DNA of 63,971 nucleotides, the filler included, from Acidimicrobiia bacterium (GTDB lineage Bacteria > Actinomycetota > Acidimicrobiia > Spongiisociales > CAZKJJ01), in NCBI GenBank assembly GCA_046759765.1. It is 3 parts of 3 records of this genome, joined end to end, with 100 filler letters (N's around TTAATTAATTAA, not from the genome) between each part and the next. Parts side by side here need not be neighbours in the genome. Positions count along the whole stretch, not along the records: positions 1 to 29,195 come from JBHICV010000014.1; positions 29,296 to 58,420 come from JBHICV010000015.1; 1 more part is not named here. The stretch is one strand, 5' to 3'. The notes under the pieces were generated by a model. The model saw only the letters and a program-made list of their open reading frames with translations. It made no database searches and was not told the DNA's origin. Both the position numbers and the translations under genes were made by a program. Of this stretch, positions 21,104 to 30,962 are shown piece after piece; the stretch's first letter is position 1, and every line of letters begins with the position of its first letter.

Positions 21104-21946
21104 ATGGCCAACGTCGTGCGCGCCGCGCTACTGCAGGCGGAGTGGACCGGCGACAAGGACTCGATGGTCGATAAGGCCGTCAAGTACGCCCGCGACGCCG
21201 CCGCCCAGGGAGCGAAGGTCATGTGCTTCCAGGAGCTGTTCTACGCGCCCTATTTCTGCCAGGTGCAAGAGGATGACAACTTCGACTACGCCGAGCCCGT
21301 TCCGGAGGGGCCGACCACGAAGCTGATGCAGGAAGTGGCGGTAGAGACCGGCATGGTCCTCGTGGTGCCGCTCTTCGAAAAGGAAGACGACGGCTTCTTC
21401 TACAACACAGCCGCCGTGATCGACGCCGACGGCACGTACCTGGGCAAGTACCGCAAGACCCACATCCCCCATGTGAAAGGGTTCTGGGAGAAGTACTACT
21501 TCCGGCCGGGCAACACCGGCTATCCGATATTCGACACGGCGATTGGGCGCATCGGCGTTTACATCTGCTACGACCGGCACTTCCCCGAAGGCTGGCGGGC
21601 TTTGGGCCTCAAAGGAGCCAAGATCGTGTTCAACCCCTCCGCCACCAGCCGCGGGCTCTCCATGTATCTCTGGAACCTGGAGCAGCCAGCCGCGGCAGTG
21701 GCTAACGAGTATTTCATCGGGGCCATCAACCGGGTCGGCCAGGAGCCGTTCGGAGACAACGACTACTACGGGTCGTCCTATTTCGTGAACCCGCGCGGCC
21801 AGATCGTGGACGAGGCGGGCTCGGACACAGACGAGGAGCTGGTTGTCCGGGACCTCGACATAGACATGATCGACGAGGTCCGCAAGCAATGGGCCTTCTA
21901 TCGGGACCGCCGACCGGACGCGTACGAAGACCTGGTCGCTCCGTAA
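21104..21946 (+). CDS. Nitrilase-family carbon-nitrogen hydrolase, probable beta-ureidopropionase
   Basis: E-K-C triad (FQELF, YRKTHIP, YICYDRHF); in an operon with hydA. Confidence 0.88.
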   Translation: MANVVRAALLQAEWTGDKDSMVDKAVKYARDAAAQGAKVMCFQELFYAPYFCQVQEDDNFDYAEPVPEGPTTKLMQEVAVETGMVLVVPLFEKEDDGFFYNTAAVIDADGTYLGKYRKTHIPHVKGFWEKYYFRPGNTGYPIFDTAIGRIGVYICYDRHFPEGWRALGLKGAKIVFNPSATSRGLSMYLWNLEQPAAAVANEYFIGAINRVGQEPFGDNDYYGSSYFVNPRGQIVDEAGSDTDEELVVRDLDIDMIDEVRKQWAFYRDRRPDAYEDLVAP

Positions 21947-23241
21947 TGGGCGCTCACGCCGAACTCCTGGGCCGGCACCGTCAGGTCCTGCCGGACTGGC
22001 TGGCCCTCTATTACGAAGAGCCGATCTCACTGATCGGGGGTGAAGGTCGCCGCGTTTGGGACGCAGAAGGAAACCACTACCTGGATTTCTTCGGCGGGAT
22101 TCTCACCACCATGTCGGGATATTCCATCCCAGAGGTCACTCAAGCGATCCAGGAGCAGGCTGAACGCATGCTCCACACGTCGACGCTGTACCTGATCGAA
22201 CAGCAGATCGACCTGGCTGAGAAGATCGCGGGGCTGTCGGGGATTCCCGACGCCAAGGTTTTCTTCTGCAATTCGGGCACCGAGGCCAACGACGCCGCAC
22301 TGCTGCTGACCACCACCTTTCGGCGCTCCAACCAGGTGCTGGCGCTGCGCAACAGCTACCACGGGCGCTCGATACCCGCGGTCTCCATCACGGGCAACCG
22401 GACGTGGTCGGCGTCATCGCTGACGCCGTTCTCGGTGACGTACGTCCACGGTGGGTACCGCTACCGCAGCCCTTTCGGCCATCTCCCGGACGACGAGTTC
22501 ATCGCCGCCTGCGCCGCCGATCTCGCTGACCTGCTCGACGTTGCCACCGCCGGCGACGTGGCCTGCATGATCGCGGAGCCGATTCAGGGAGTGGGAGGTG
22601 CCATCACACCGCCGGACGGTTTCTTCGGAGCCATGAAGGAGATGCTCGACCGACACGGCATCCTCTTCATCTCCGATGAGGTCCAGACCGGCTGGGGGCG
22701 GACGGGCGAGAACTTCTGGGGGTTTGAGGCGCATGGGATAACGCCCGACTTGATCACTTTCGCTAAAGGGGTGGGCAACGGCCTGGCTATCGGAGGTGTG
22801 GTCGCCAGAGCAGAGATTATGGACTGCCTCCAGGCCAACTCGATCTCGACCTTCGGCGGCAACCCACTGGCAATGGCCGGGGCACTGGCCAACCTCGACT
22901 TTGTGATCGAGAACGACCTGCAGACGAACGCGCTCAAGGTCGGAAACCATTTGAAGACGAGGATCGATCACCTGGCGGACGAAGTGCCGATTGTCGGTGA
23001 CGTGCGCGGCAAGGGCTTGATGCTCGGGATGGAGCTGGTCAAGGCCGGCGGCAACGACCCACATCCGGACGCCGCTGCTCTGATTATGGAATCGTCGAGA
23101 GCAGACGGACTCCTTCTTGGAAAGGGAGGGCTCCACGGAAACATTCTTCGAATCGCTCCGCCGCTGACGCTGACCGAAGACGAGGCCGACGAGGGCTTCG
23201 AAATTCTGAATCGGGCTGTTTCGAAGGCAGCCGAGCTGTAG
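21946..23241 (+). CDS. Class III aminotransferase, probable beta-alanine transaminase
   Basis: SGTEAND, SYHGRS, EPIQGVGG, DEVQTGWGRTG and FAKG motifs; operon context. Confidence 0.88.
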   Translation: MGAHAELLGRHRQVLPDWLALYYEEPISLIGGEGRRVWDAEGNHYLDFFGGILTTMSGYSIPEVTQAIQEQAERMLHTSTLYLIEQQIDLAEKIAGLSGIPDAKVFFCNSGTEANDAALLLTTTFRRSNQVLALRNSYHGRSIPAVSITGNRTWSASSLTPFSVTYVHGGYRYRSPFGHLPDDEFIAACAADLADLLDVATAGDVACMIAEPIQGVGGAITPPDGFFGAMKEMLDRHGILFISDEVQTGWGRTGENFWGFEAHGITPDLITFAKGVGNGLAIGGVVARAEIMDCLQANSISTFGGNPLAMAGALANLDFVIENDLQTNALKVGNHLKTRIDHLADEVPIVGDVRGKGLMLGMELVKAGGNDPHPDAAALIMESSRADGLLLGKGGLHGNILRIAPPLTLTEDEADEGFEILNRAVSKAAEL

Positions 23242-23250
23242 GGAGGAACT

Positions 23251-24696
23251 ATGCGCGTCCTGATCGAGAACGGAACGGTCGTCACGGCAACCGAAACCCA
23301 AAAGGCTGACGTGCTAGTTGATGACGGGAAGGTGAGCGGAATATTCAGCTCAGAACCGGGGGGTCTCGCAGACAAGGTCGCGGACGCGGTCGTGGAAATG
23401 TCGGCCGACAAGAGAATCGATGCCACGAATAAGTACGTGATACCCGGCGGGATCGACGTACATACGCACATGGAGCTTCCTTTCGGGGGGACGTTCGCCT
23501 CCGACAGTTTCGAGACAGGCACTCAGGCCGCGGCCTGGGGCGGAACGACCAGCATTATCGACTTCGCCGTCCAGACCAAGGGCCAGAACCTCATGGATGG
23601 GTTCGAGGCTTGGATGGGGAAGGCCGAAGGCAATTGCGCCATCGACTATGGCTTTCACCTGATTGTCGGGGACGTCAACGAGCAGTCAATCAAGGAGATG
23701 GACACTGCCGTGGCCGACGGCGTGACCAGCTTCAAGATGTTCATGGCCTATCCCGGCGTCTTCTACTCGACCGACGGGGAGATCTTCCTCGCCATGCAGA
23801 AGGCCGCCGAGAACGGGTCCACGATCATGATGCACGCCGAGAACGGCATCGCCATCGACGTGCTCATCGCCCAGGCGCTCGCGCGCGGGGAGACCGACCC
23901 GATTTACCACGGCATCGTGCGCAAATCGGTCCTCGAGGGAGAAGCCACGCACCGGGCGATCAAATTGGCCGAGCTGGCCGGGTGCCCGGTCTACATCGTG
24001 CACCTGTCGGCTTCCGAGGCCTTGTCTGAAGTGACGGCGGCCCGGGATTTCGGGCAGAACGCGTTCGCCGAGACCTGCCCTCAATACCTATTTCTTTCGC
24101 TGGACGACCTCGGCAACGGCTTCGAAGGTGCCAAGTTCGTCTGCTCACCGCCGCTGCGAGATCGGGCAGCCGGTCACCAGGAGCACCTGTGGAAGGGACT
24201 CGCCACCAACGATCTACAGGTCGTTTCGACCGACCACTGCCCCTTCTGCTTCAACGAGTACGAAGGGCTCCCGGCGCAGAAGCACCTGGGAGAGGGTGAT
24301 TTCTCGAAGATCCCGAACGGGTTGCCGGGGGTGGAGAATCGGATGGAGCTGATCTATCAAGGGGGGGTGGCCGAGGGCCGGCTCGGCCTCAACCGCTGGA
24401 TCGAGGTCTGCGCCACGACCCCGGCGAAGATGTTCGGGCTCTACCCGAAGAAAGGCACGATCGCGGTCGGCTCCGATGCCGACATCGTGGTCTTAGACCC
24501 GAACGGGACCCACACGATCTCCGCCGAGACCCACCACATGCGGACCGACTACTCCTGCTACGAAGGGCTCGAGGTGGCGGGGAAGGTCGAGACGGTCCTT
24601 TCCCGGGGCCAGGTCATCATCGAGAACGACGAGTACCTCGGCACGGCCGGCGACGGCGAGTACCTGCGGCGGGACTTCAACCAGTACCTGATCTGA
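23251..24696 (+). CDS. hydA: Dihydropyrimidinase
   Basis: PGGIDVHTH, SFKMFMAY, MHAENG, IVHLS, AETCPQYL and STDHCPF motifs. Confidence 0.94.
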   Translation: MRVLIENGTVVTATETQKADVLVDDGKVSGIFSSEPGGLADKVADAVVEMSADKRIDATNKYVIPGGIDVHTHMELPFGGTFASDSFETGTQAAAWGGTTSIIDFAVQTKGQNLMDGFEAWMGKAEGNCAIDYGFHLIVGDVNEQSIKEMDTAVADGVTSFKMFMAYPGVFYSTDGEIFLAMQKAAENGSTIMMHAENGIAIDVLIAQALARGETDPIYHGIVRKSVLEGEATHRAIKLAELAGCPVYIVHLSASEALSEVTAARDFGQNAFAETCPQYLFLSLDDLGNGFEGAKFVCSPPLRDRAAGHQEHLWKGLATNDLQVVSTDHCPFCFNEYEGLPAQKHLGEGDFSKIPNGLPGVENRMELIYQGGVAEGRLGLNRWIEVCATTPAKMFGLYPKKGTIAVGSDADIVVLDPNGTHTISAETHHMRTDYSCYEGLEVAGKVETVLSRGQVIIENDEYLGTAGDGEYLRRDFNQYLI

Positions 24697-24699
24697 TTT

Positions 24700-24757
24700 C
24701 CGGGTTTCCTGTCAATGCGCGCGTCGCTTTACGACGCGTCGATTGACACGAACCGGG
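24700..24757. repeat. REP-like palindromic element, copy 4
   Basis: CCGGGTTTCCTGTCAAT-gcgCGCGTCGctttaCGACGCG-tcgATTGACACGAACCGGG, just after the hydA stop. Confidence 0.8.
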
Positions 24758-24811
24758 AGCTCGCTTCACTGCCTCCCCCTCTAGGCTGAACGTGCCACGC
24801 AGGAGACAGAT

Positions 24812-26305
24812 ATGAGGCTCATCCAGCACTGGATCAACGGCAAGCCCTACGACGGCGTACCGGAAAGGACCGGACCGGTTTTCGATCCCGCCACCGGAAA
24901 ACAGCAGGCGGACGTGGCCTTCGCCAGCTCGGAAGAGGTCGACCTGGCGGTCACGGCCGCCCGGGACGCCTTCGAGACTTGGAAGGACAGTGCCATCACC
25001 CTGCGGGCGGACATCATGTTCCGATTCCGCGAGCTCGTCGTTTCGCACAAGGAAGACATGGCGCGGATCCTCACCTCCGAGCACGGCAAGACGCTGGCGG
25101 ACGCGATGGGTGAGGTGCAACGAGGGCTCGAGGTCGTCGAGTTCGCATGTGGCATCCCACATCTGCTCAAGGGCGATTACTCAGAGAACGTCTCGACCAA
25201 CGTCGACACTTATGTCATGCGGCAACCGCTGGGGGTGGTTGCCGGTATCACGCCGTTCAACTTCCCGGCCATGGTCCCGATGTGGATGTACCCGATCGCG
25301 ATCGCCTGCGGAAATGGCTTCGTCCTCAAACCTTCGGAGAAGGACCCGTCCGCCTCGATACTCGCGGCTGAGCTGTTGGCCGAAGCCGGCCTTCCCGACG
25401 GAGTCTTCAACGTGGTCCACGGAGACAAGGTGGCAGTTGACGCGGTACTCACTCACCCCGGTATAGCCGCAGTCAGCTTCGTCGGCTCGACACCCGTCGC
25501 TCGCTACATCTACGAGACGGGGACAGCCAACGGAAAACGGGTGCAGGCACTAGGCGGTGCCAAGAACCACATGGTCGTGCTTCCCGATGCCGACATGGAG
25601 TTGGCAGCCGACGCGGCGGTCTCCGCCGGCTACGGCTCCGCGGGCGAGCGGTGCATGGCGATCTCCGTCGTGGTGACAGTCGGGGATGCCCACGAAAAAC
25701 TCATCCCGAAGATGCGCGAGCGTATTGCGCACCTCAAGGTCGGCCCGGGACTCGAGCCCGAGGCCGAGATGGGACCGGTCATCACCAGCGAGCACCGCGA
25801 CCGGGTGACCGGATACATCGACATCGGTGTTGAGGAGGGGGCGACGTTGGTTAGCGATGGCCGCGGGTTCATCCCGGAGGGCACCGAAGGCGGTTTCTTC
25901 GTCGGGCCCACCTTGTTCGATGGGGTGACCCCCGACATGAAGATCTACCAAGACGAGATCTTCGGCCCGGTGCTGTCGATCGTGCAGACCGAGCATTACG
26001 AAGATGCCATCCGGTTGATCAACGAGAACCCCTATGGCAACGGCACGGCAGTCTTCACTAACGACGGCGGCGCTGCCCGTAAGTTCCAGAACGAGATCCA
26101 GGTGGGGATGGTGGGTGTCAACCTGCCGATCCCGGTCCCGTTGTCCTTCTACTCCTTTGGTGGTTGGAAGAGCTCAATTTTCGGCAGCCACGCCATATAC
26201 GGGCCGGAGGGAGTCCACTTCTACACCCGACCCAAGGTGATCATCGGCCGCTGGCCCGACCCGATCCACCGCGGGGTCGATCTCGGCTTTCCCCAGCACC
26301 GTTAG
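24812..26305 (+). CDS. mmsA: CoA-acylating (methyl)malonate-semialdehyde dehydrogenase
   Basis: ITPFNFPAM, KPSEKDP, FVGST, GGAKNH, GERCMA and EIFGPV motifs. Confidence 0.94.
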   Translation: MRLIQHWINGKPYDGVPERTGPVFDPATGKQQADVAFASSEEVDLAVTAARDAFETWKDSAITLRADIMFRFRELVVSHKEDMARILTSEHGKTLADAMGEVQRGLEVVEFACGIPHLLKGDYSENVSTNVDTYVMRQPLGVVAGITPFNFPAMVPMWMYPIAIACGNGFVLKPSEKDPSASILAAELLAEAGLPDGVFNVVHGDKVAVDAVLTHPGIAAVSFVGSTPVARYIYETGTANGKRVQALGGAKNHMVVLPDADMELAADAAVSAGYGSAGERCMAISVVVTVGDAHEKLIPKMRERIAHLKVGPGLEPEAEMGPVITSEHRDRVTGYIDIGVEEGATLVSDGRGFIPEGTEGGFFVGPTLFDGVTPDMKIYQDEIFGPVLSIVQTEHYEDAIRLINENPYGNGTAVFTNDGGAARKFQNEIQVGMVGVNLPIPVPLSFYSFGGWKSSIFGSHAIYGPEGVHFYTRPKVIIGRWPDPIHRGVDLGFPQHR

Positions 26306-26350
26306 AAACTGAACTCCTAGGCGCATCCTTGACCGCCCACTGGAAGCAGA

Positions 26351-26377
26351 GGAACCTTTACTACGAGGTCGATCGTC
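26351..26377 (+). promoter_or_regulatory. Putative ECF-sigma promoter
   Basis: GGAACC-N17-CGTC upstream of the lipoprotein gene. Confidence 0.45.
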
Positions 26378-26410
26378 CAAGAACTGAAGCGTCGAAGGAG
26401 CTGGTAGGAC

Positions 26411-26833
26411 ATGAGACGGCTATTGGGTATCGGCGCACTGACGCTGATTGTTCTTTTACTGGCGACTGCCTGTGACGGAGGAACGACAGGTGTGGAGCCT
26501 CGCGACTCGAACGGTGACGAACCCGCTAGTGTGTCCGGTTTCGGGCCGGGAATCTCGGTTAGTGAGGCGCTCGAATCGACACTGGCCGGTCCACTGTTGG
26601 TTAACGGCTTCATCATCACGACCCCGGAAGGCACGGTGTATTTGTCCGAGGCCTTGGCCGAGTCGCTTCCGCCGCAGCCTGTTGGCGAGAAACTGGTCGT
26701 CGAAGGGCTCGACCTCAATGAATTCGAAGGGCTTACTTCTGCACAGGGCATCACCTGGTCCGACCAGATCGTTCAGGTTCTAGGAGACGTCCAGGACGGC
26801 GTTTTGACCGTATCCGTTACGGCCAGCAGCTGA
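26411..26833 (+). CDS. Hypothetical lipoprotein
   Basis: Signal peptide ending in a lipobox-like LATAC, followed by a beta-rich domain. Confidence 0.75.
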   Translation: MRRLLGIGALTLIVLLLATACDGGTTGVEPRDSNGDEPASVSGFGPGISVSEALESTLAGPLLVNGFIITTPEGTVYLSEALAESLPPQPVGEKLVVEGLDLNEFEGLTSAQGITWSDQIVQVLGDVQDGVLTVSVTASS

Positions 26834-26921
26834 GTCGCCTCACTGAGCCGCAGCCCGAAGCCCGACGCATATCCGGGGCTCTTTGGCCGCGTAGCCTCGG
26901 TCGCTGAGACGGAAGGTGCCG

Positions 26922-27542
26922 ATGGCCGATGTAAGGGTGGTTCTATTCGATGTCGGTGGAGTCCTGCTTTCGAACGGATGGGATCGCCGCCAACGCCTTA
27001 AGGCGAGTGAGCACTTCGCCATCGACTCGGACGAACTGCGTGAACGTCATGACCTGGTCTCGGCCCACTTCGAGACAGGACAGCTGACTCTCGACGAGTA
27101 CCTCCAGCGGACCGTGTTTCATCGCGCCCGAGACTTCACGCCCGATGACTTCTTCGAGTTTATGAAGGCCCAGTCTGAGCCGTACCCCGAATCCCTGGCA
27201 CTACTTGCAGGATTAGCTGAGTCGGGAAAATACCTTCTCGCGACCTTGAACAATGAGTCCCGGGCTCTGAACGACTATCGAATCGAGACGTTCGGCCTTC
27301 GCGACTACTTCTCTGTGTTTCTCTCCTCCTGCTATCTAGGAGTGCGGAAGCCGGAGTTGCGGATTTTCGAACTGGCGAGAGACATCGTGCATGTCCGGCC
27401 TGACCAGTGTTTGTTCATCGAGGACCGTCTCCTCAATGTCGAGTGCGCAGAACTTGCTGGTATCACCTCCATCTTGTTTCAGGATGTCACTCAACTGCGT
27501 TCAGCACTAGCGGATCACGGTGTCGAGACACCACCGGTTTGA
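26922..27542 (+). CDS. HAD-superfamily hydrolase
   Basis: LFDVGGVL, TLNN, RKPE and FIEDR motifs. Confidence 0.9.
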   Translation: MADVRVVLFDVGGVLLSNGWDRRQRLKASEHFAIDSDELRERHDLVSAHFETGQLTLDEYLQRTVFHRARDFTPDDFFEFMKAQSEPYPESLALLAGLAESGKYLLATLNNESRALNDYRIETFGLRDYFSVFLSSCYLGVRKPELRIFELARDIVHVRPDQCLFIEDRLLNVECAELAGITSILFQDVTQLRSALADHGVETPPV

Positions 27543-27725
27543 CTTCGCCCTGATCCATCCCGCGGAAGGCCCACATCGACACCCCTGGGGATGGCCTGAC
27601 GTGCCGGTAGTCTGGCCGCGGTGTCGTGGGGGAGGCATCCGTCGCGATGCTCAGTGAGCCTCGATTGGCTGCGTCGCGGTCGACCGAGGACCACCCTGAT
27701 TGGCCAGTCTCGACGAAGGATGACT

Positions 27726-28097
27726 ATGGGGAACATGCACCTGCTGCACGATTTGCCACCCAAACCTGTGTGGGAAGGCGTGGCGGCACGCATCGTGGAG
27801 GGCGAAAGGATCACTTTGGCGGTTATGGAGCTCGACCCAGACACGCTGGTCCCCGAGCACTCGCATCAGAATGAGCAGATCGGCATTGTGGTGACTGGGA
27901 GTATTCGGTTCACGGTAGACGGTGAGGAACAGGAATTGGGTCCCGGTGGTAGCTGGCGGATTCTGAGTGGGGTCCCTCATGAAGCTCTATCAGGTCCTTC
28001 CGGAGCAGTCGTCGTGGACGTTTTCTCACCCATCCGGTCGGACTGGCGCGACATAGAGGATGAGGAACCCCGTATAGCCCCGTGGCCGCCTGCGTAG
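27726..28097 (+). CDS. Cupin domain protein
   Basis: PEHSHQNEQ, GVPH and VDVFSPIR motifs; GAAGGA RBS. Confidence 0.88.
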   Translation: MGNMHLLHDLPPKPVWEGVAARIVEGERITLAVMELDPDTLVPEHSHQNEQIGIVVTGSIRFTVDGEEQELGPGGSWRILSGVPHEALSGPSGAVVVDVFSPIRSDWRDIEDEEPRIAPWPPA

Positions 28098-28172
28098 CGT
28101 GGCGAGCTATCCCTGTCATAACGCGGGCGCCAAGTTCAGGCCATCAGACCCGCCCAGGTCAGCTTGCTCTGA

Positions 28173-28862
28173 TCAGTTTTTGGACTCTGCTTGCGCCCGT
28201 TTCTTCTCCTTGAACAGGCGCCTGGCGTTGTCCATATACCGATCCATTTGGACGATGTAGTCGTCCGCTTCTTGTTGTATCTCGGGACGGCGATGGGCCA
28301 ACGCAACCACGGCAAATCTCGCCCCCCGGAAATACGTATAGAGCAGATCCGAGGGCATCGCGTTGGGTCCCGGCACTGCCGGTCCGATCTCGAGCGGCTC
28401 AGCCGCCGCCGGTGTCAGCTCGGCCCGGCGGAGCGTCTCGATCAGCTCGTCCTCCGCCAGACGATCGGCGTAGTCCCTCGAGACAAACCGCCAGGCTTCC
28501 TCGCCCTCCGTCGTAATCAACACCATGGCTGGCACAGCGAGGTTCCGCGGGTCCTTGTCGTCGGCTAGACCGTATGGCCTGATCGCGGCCTCTCGGTCGG
28601 GATCGCTCAGCAGAGGAAACGGGAGCCGGAGCTGCTCGACCATGGCGGCGTTCTGCTCCGGGGAGTCGATACTGATCCCGGCAAGACGTGCACCCAGCTC
28701 GGTGATTTCGTCATATCGGTACGCCAGGCTGACCAGCTGGCCATTGCAATACGGTCACCAATCACCCCGCAGAAAGACCAGCACTATGGCCGCATCCAGA
28801 TGCTCGGACAGCGTCCAGGGCTTTCCGGCTTGATCGACGACTGTGAAATCCGGAGCTGCCAT
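28173..28862 (-). CDS. AhpC/TSA (peroxiredoxin-like) selenoprotein, 229 aa; Sec at codon 36 (TGA at 28755-28757)
   Basis: Reading through the TGA gives MAAPDFTVVDQAGKPWTLSE...VLVFLRGDWUPYCNGQL...GISID...FPLLSDPD, a redoxin fold with UxxC. A SECIS-like hairpin lies downstream. Confidence 0.9.
28723..28741 (-). promoter_or_regulatory. Putative bacterial SECIS element of the AhpC-like gene
   Basis: GCCAGCT-GGTC-AG(C)CTGGC stem-loop with a single bulge; the loop begins with GG, 20 nt after the UGA. Confidence 0.65.
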
Positions 28863-28903
28863 GGGTACCTCGCGGGGCCGCGACACTAATCAGTACCAAC
28901 GAT

Positions 28904-29195
28904 TCAAGGGTCGAGTAGAACCTTGCCTACCGTCTTCCGGCCCTCCAGCGCTCGATGTGCTTCGGCCGCCTCGGGCATGGGAAACCGCTGCCCGATCAGG
29001 ACTTCGAGCCGGCCCGCTGATATCCATTCGAAGAGATCGCCAGCGCGTTCGGTCAGCTCGGATTTGGTCGATAGGTAGTGGAACATGGTCGGTCGGGTCA
29101 GATACAGAGAGCCGAGCCTCATCAAGAGCAGTGGGTCGATCTCCGGCGGCCGTCCACTGGCGTTGCCGAACGTAACCATCATCCCCCGCGGACGC
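28904..29195 (-). CDS. NADPH:quinone oxidoreductase (Qor-like), C-terminal part only; 5' end lost at the contig gap
   Basis: VTFGNASG, GSLYLTRPT and AHRALEGRKTVGKVLL motifs. Confidence 0.85.
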
Positions 29196-29295
29196 NNNNN
29201 NNNNNNNNNNNNNNNNNNNNNNNNNNNNNNNNNNNNNNNTTAATTAATTAANNNNNNNNNNNNNNNNNNNNNNNNNNNNNNNNNNNNNNNNNNNN
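29196..29295. other. Artificial contig linker
   Basis: N-run containing TTAATTAATTAA (stops in all six frames); genes on both sides are truncated. Confidence 0.97.
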
Positions 29296-29751
29296 CACGG
29301 TGTCCGCACCGATCACCAAATGGACTTTCGGACCCAACAGCGCCAGAACTCGGTGGTCATCCACCAGCCGACGGATTATCTCGGGAAGCTCGCGGCAGGT
29401 TGCTTGCGCGATCGCTTCGGCTACGTGGGTTAGTCCCCGCTGCGCGGACGCGAGCTCGGCCTGAAGCTGCGCTTTATGTGGCCGCGTCAGATAGCTATTC
29501 GAAGCGACTGCTTCCTGCAGACGGTTGATCGCCGCCAGCTGCTGTTGGATCGCGTGAAAGGCTCTCTCCTTCAGGGCCTGGCAGGCGTGATCGCGTCGGT
29601 CAGTGACCCGGTCGATCGGCTGGACTTCGTCAGTCGTGGCCTCCGCAGGCCGTGTCTCGTCGGTTTCCTGAGCCAGCGCCACACCCGGGGTGGCGAGCAG
29701 CATCAATAGCACAACCGCGAATGCGGTCAGTCGCAGGATCCGGGTTTTCAT
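29296..29751 (-). CDS. Secreted helical hypothetical protein, 3'-truncated
   Basis: Signal peptide MKTRILRLTAFAVVLLMLLATPGVALA; the frame runs into the gap. Confidence 0.7.
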
Positions 29752-30053
29752 CAGATGTCTCCTTCGTCTTCGGAGAGCGCTTCGTCGAGCTCGGCCAAGC
29801 TGCCTTCGAGCTCCGCCAGAAGCCGGCTCAGCTCCTCTTCGAGCGGGGCGAGCTCATCCCCCGACGGGACGATCGCTTCGGACGGTTCGACGACCGAGGT
29901 CGACGTAGTTGTCGGCCGGACGGTCACCGCTACCTGCTCGGAGGCCGGCTCCGTCAGCGCAGAGTCCGGAATCGTCGAGTCCTTCGTCACGCGGTCGCCG
30001 GTGGCACATGCCGCCAAGCAGACGGCGAGTGCCAGTCCGAGTGCCCGTCTCAT
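29751..30053 (-). CDS. Small hypothetical lipoprotein
   Basis: AAGGAG RBS; LAAC lipobox; Thr-rich linker and acidic helix; stop overlaps the next ATG. Confidence 0.7.
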   Translation of the reverse strand: MRRALGLALAVCLAACATGDRVTKDSTIPDSALTEPASEQVAVTVRPTTTSTSVVEPSEAIVPSGDELAPLEEELSRLLAELEGSLAELDEALSEDEGDI

Positions 30054-30130
30054 GCGCTCTCTCCTTTGCTTCTGGCCTTGCACCTTCAGTCAGCATCGGA
30101 GGCGGGCGTCAGGAAGCGATGAGTTACGTG

Positions 30131-30874
30131 TTAAAAAGCGGTGAGCTGTGAGGCCCAGAGCGCGGCCCCGGCCAGACCAGCATCGTTTCTCAGTCGGGCC
30201 GCCACCACCGGCGTTTGGACTTTGATACGGCCGGAGAATTGGTCGAAGCGTCTGCTGATGCCACCTCCGACAATGAAAAGCTCCGGAGACAAGACCCCAT
30301 CGAGGTGGCTCAGGTACTCGTCCACGCGATCGCCCCAATCCTCGAAGTTGAGATCTTCCCGGTTCCGAACATCGGCAGAGGCATAGTGCTCGGCCTCCAT
30401 CCCGTGAAGCTCCAGATGACCGAGTTCCGTGTTCGGAATCAGCACGCCCCGGAAGAACAAAGCGCTCCCGATGCCGGACCCGAACGTGAGCAGAAGCACG
30501 AGCCCGTCGTGCCCGTGACCGGAGCCCCAGCGCATCTCCGCGAGGCCGGCAGCGTCGGCATCGTTGAGGATTGCTAGCGACCGGCCGGTGGCCTCTTCGA
30601 GAAGAGAGAGGGCGTCCACACCGATCCAGGCGTGGCCCAAGTTAGGGGCAAAGTGCACGACCCCGTCTCGGATGACTCCCGGGAACCCACAACCGACTGG
30701 CCCAGGTCTCCCAAACTGGTCGATTATCTCGGCCACCGCCCTTGCTACCCCGCTTGGGGTCGCCGGCTGGGGGGTAGGGATCCGGTGGCGGTCGTCCTTC
30801 AGCTCGCCTGTCTCAACATCCACCGGAGCAGCCTTAATGCCCGAGCCACCGATATCGATACCCAGGATCTCCAT
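30131..30874 (-). CDS. ppgK: Polyphosphate glucokinase (ROK family)
   Basis: [34 protein letters not shown] and IVGGGIS motifs. Confidence 0.9.
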   Translation of the reverse strand: MEILGIDIGGSGIKAAPVDVETGELKDDRHRIPTPQPATPSGVARAVAEIIDQFGRPGPVGCGFPGVIRDGVVHFAPNLGHAWIGVDALSLLEEATGRSLAILNDADAAGLAEMRWGSGHGHDGLVLLLTFGSGIGSALFFRGVLIPNTELGHLELHGMEAEHYASADVRNREDLNFEDWGDRVDEYLSHLDGVLSPELFIVGGGISRRFDQFSGRIKVQTPVVAARLRNDAGLAGAALWASQLTAF

Positions 30875-30962
30875 GTCCGTGAGATTAGAGGGGTGCACCG
30901 ATCCGCCAGGCTCGCGGCGCCGTGACCCCGTTAGCCTCCGAGAAGATCTCGAAAGGAGCCAG

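Noticed and set aside
9556..24757. The palindromic repeats as a CRISPR array
   Set aside because: The copies are kilobases apart, with no spacers and no cas genes.
29196..29295. TTAATTAATTAA palindrome inside an N-run (again at 58421-58520)
   Set aside because: It is a synthetic six-frame-stop contig linker; genes are truncated on both sides.
30564..30962. Long N-terminal extensions on gnd, ppgK, lnt, purS and the ABC ATPase at 45445
   Set aside because: They come from longest-ORF calling; they overlap neighbours or lack motifs, and better starts with an RBS or -10 lie downstream.
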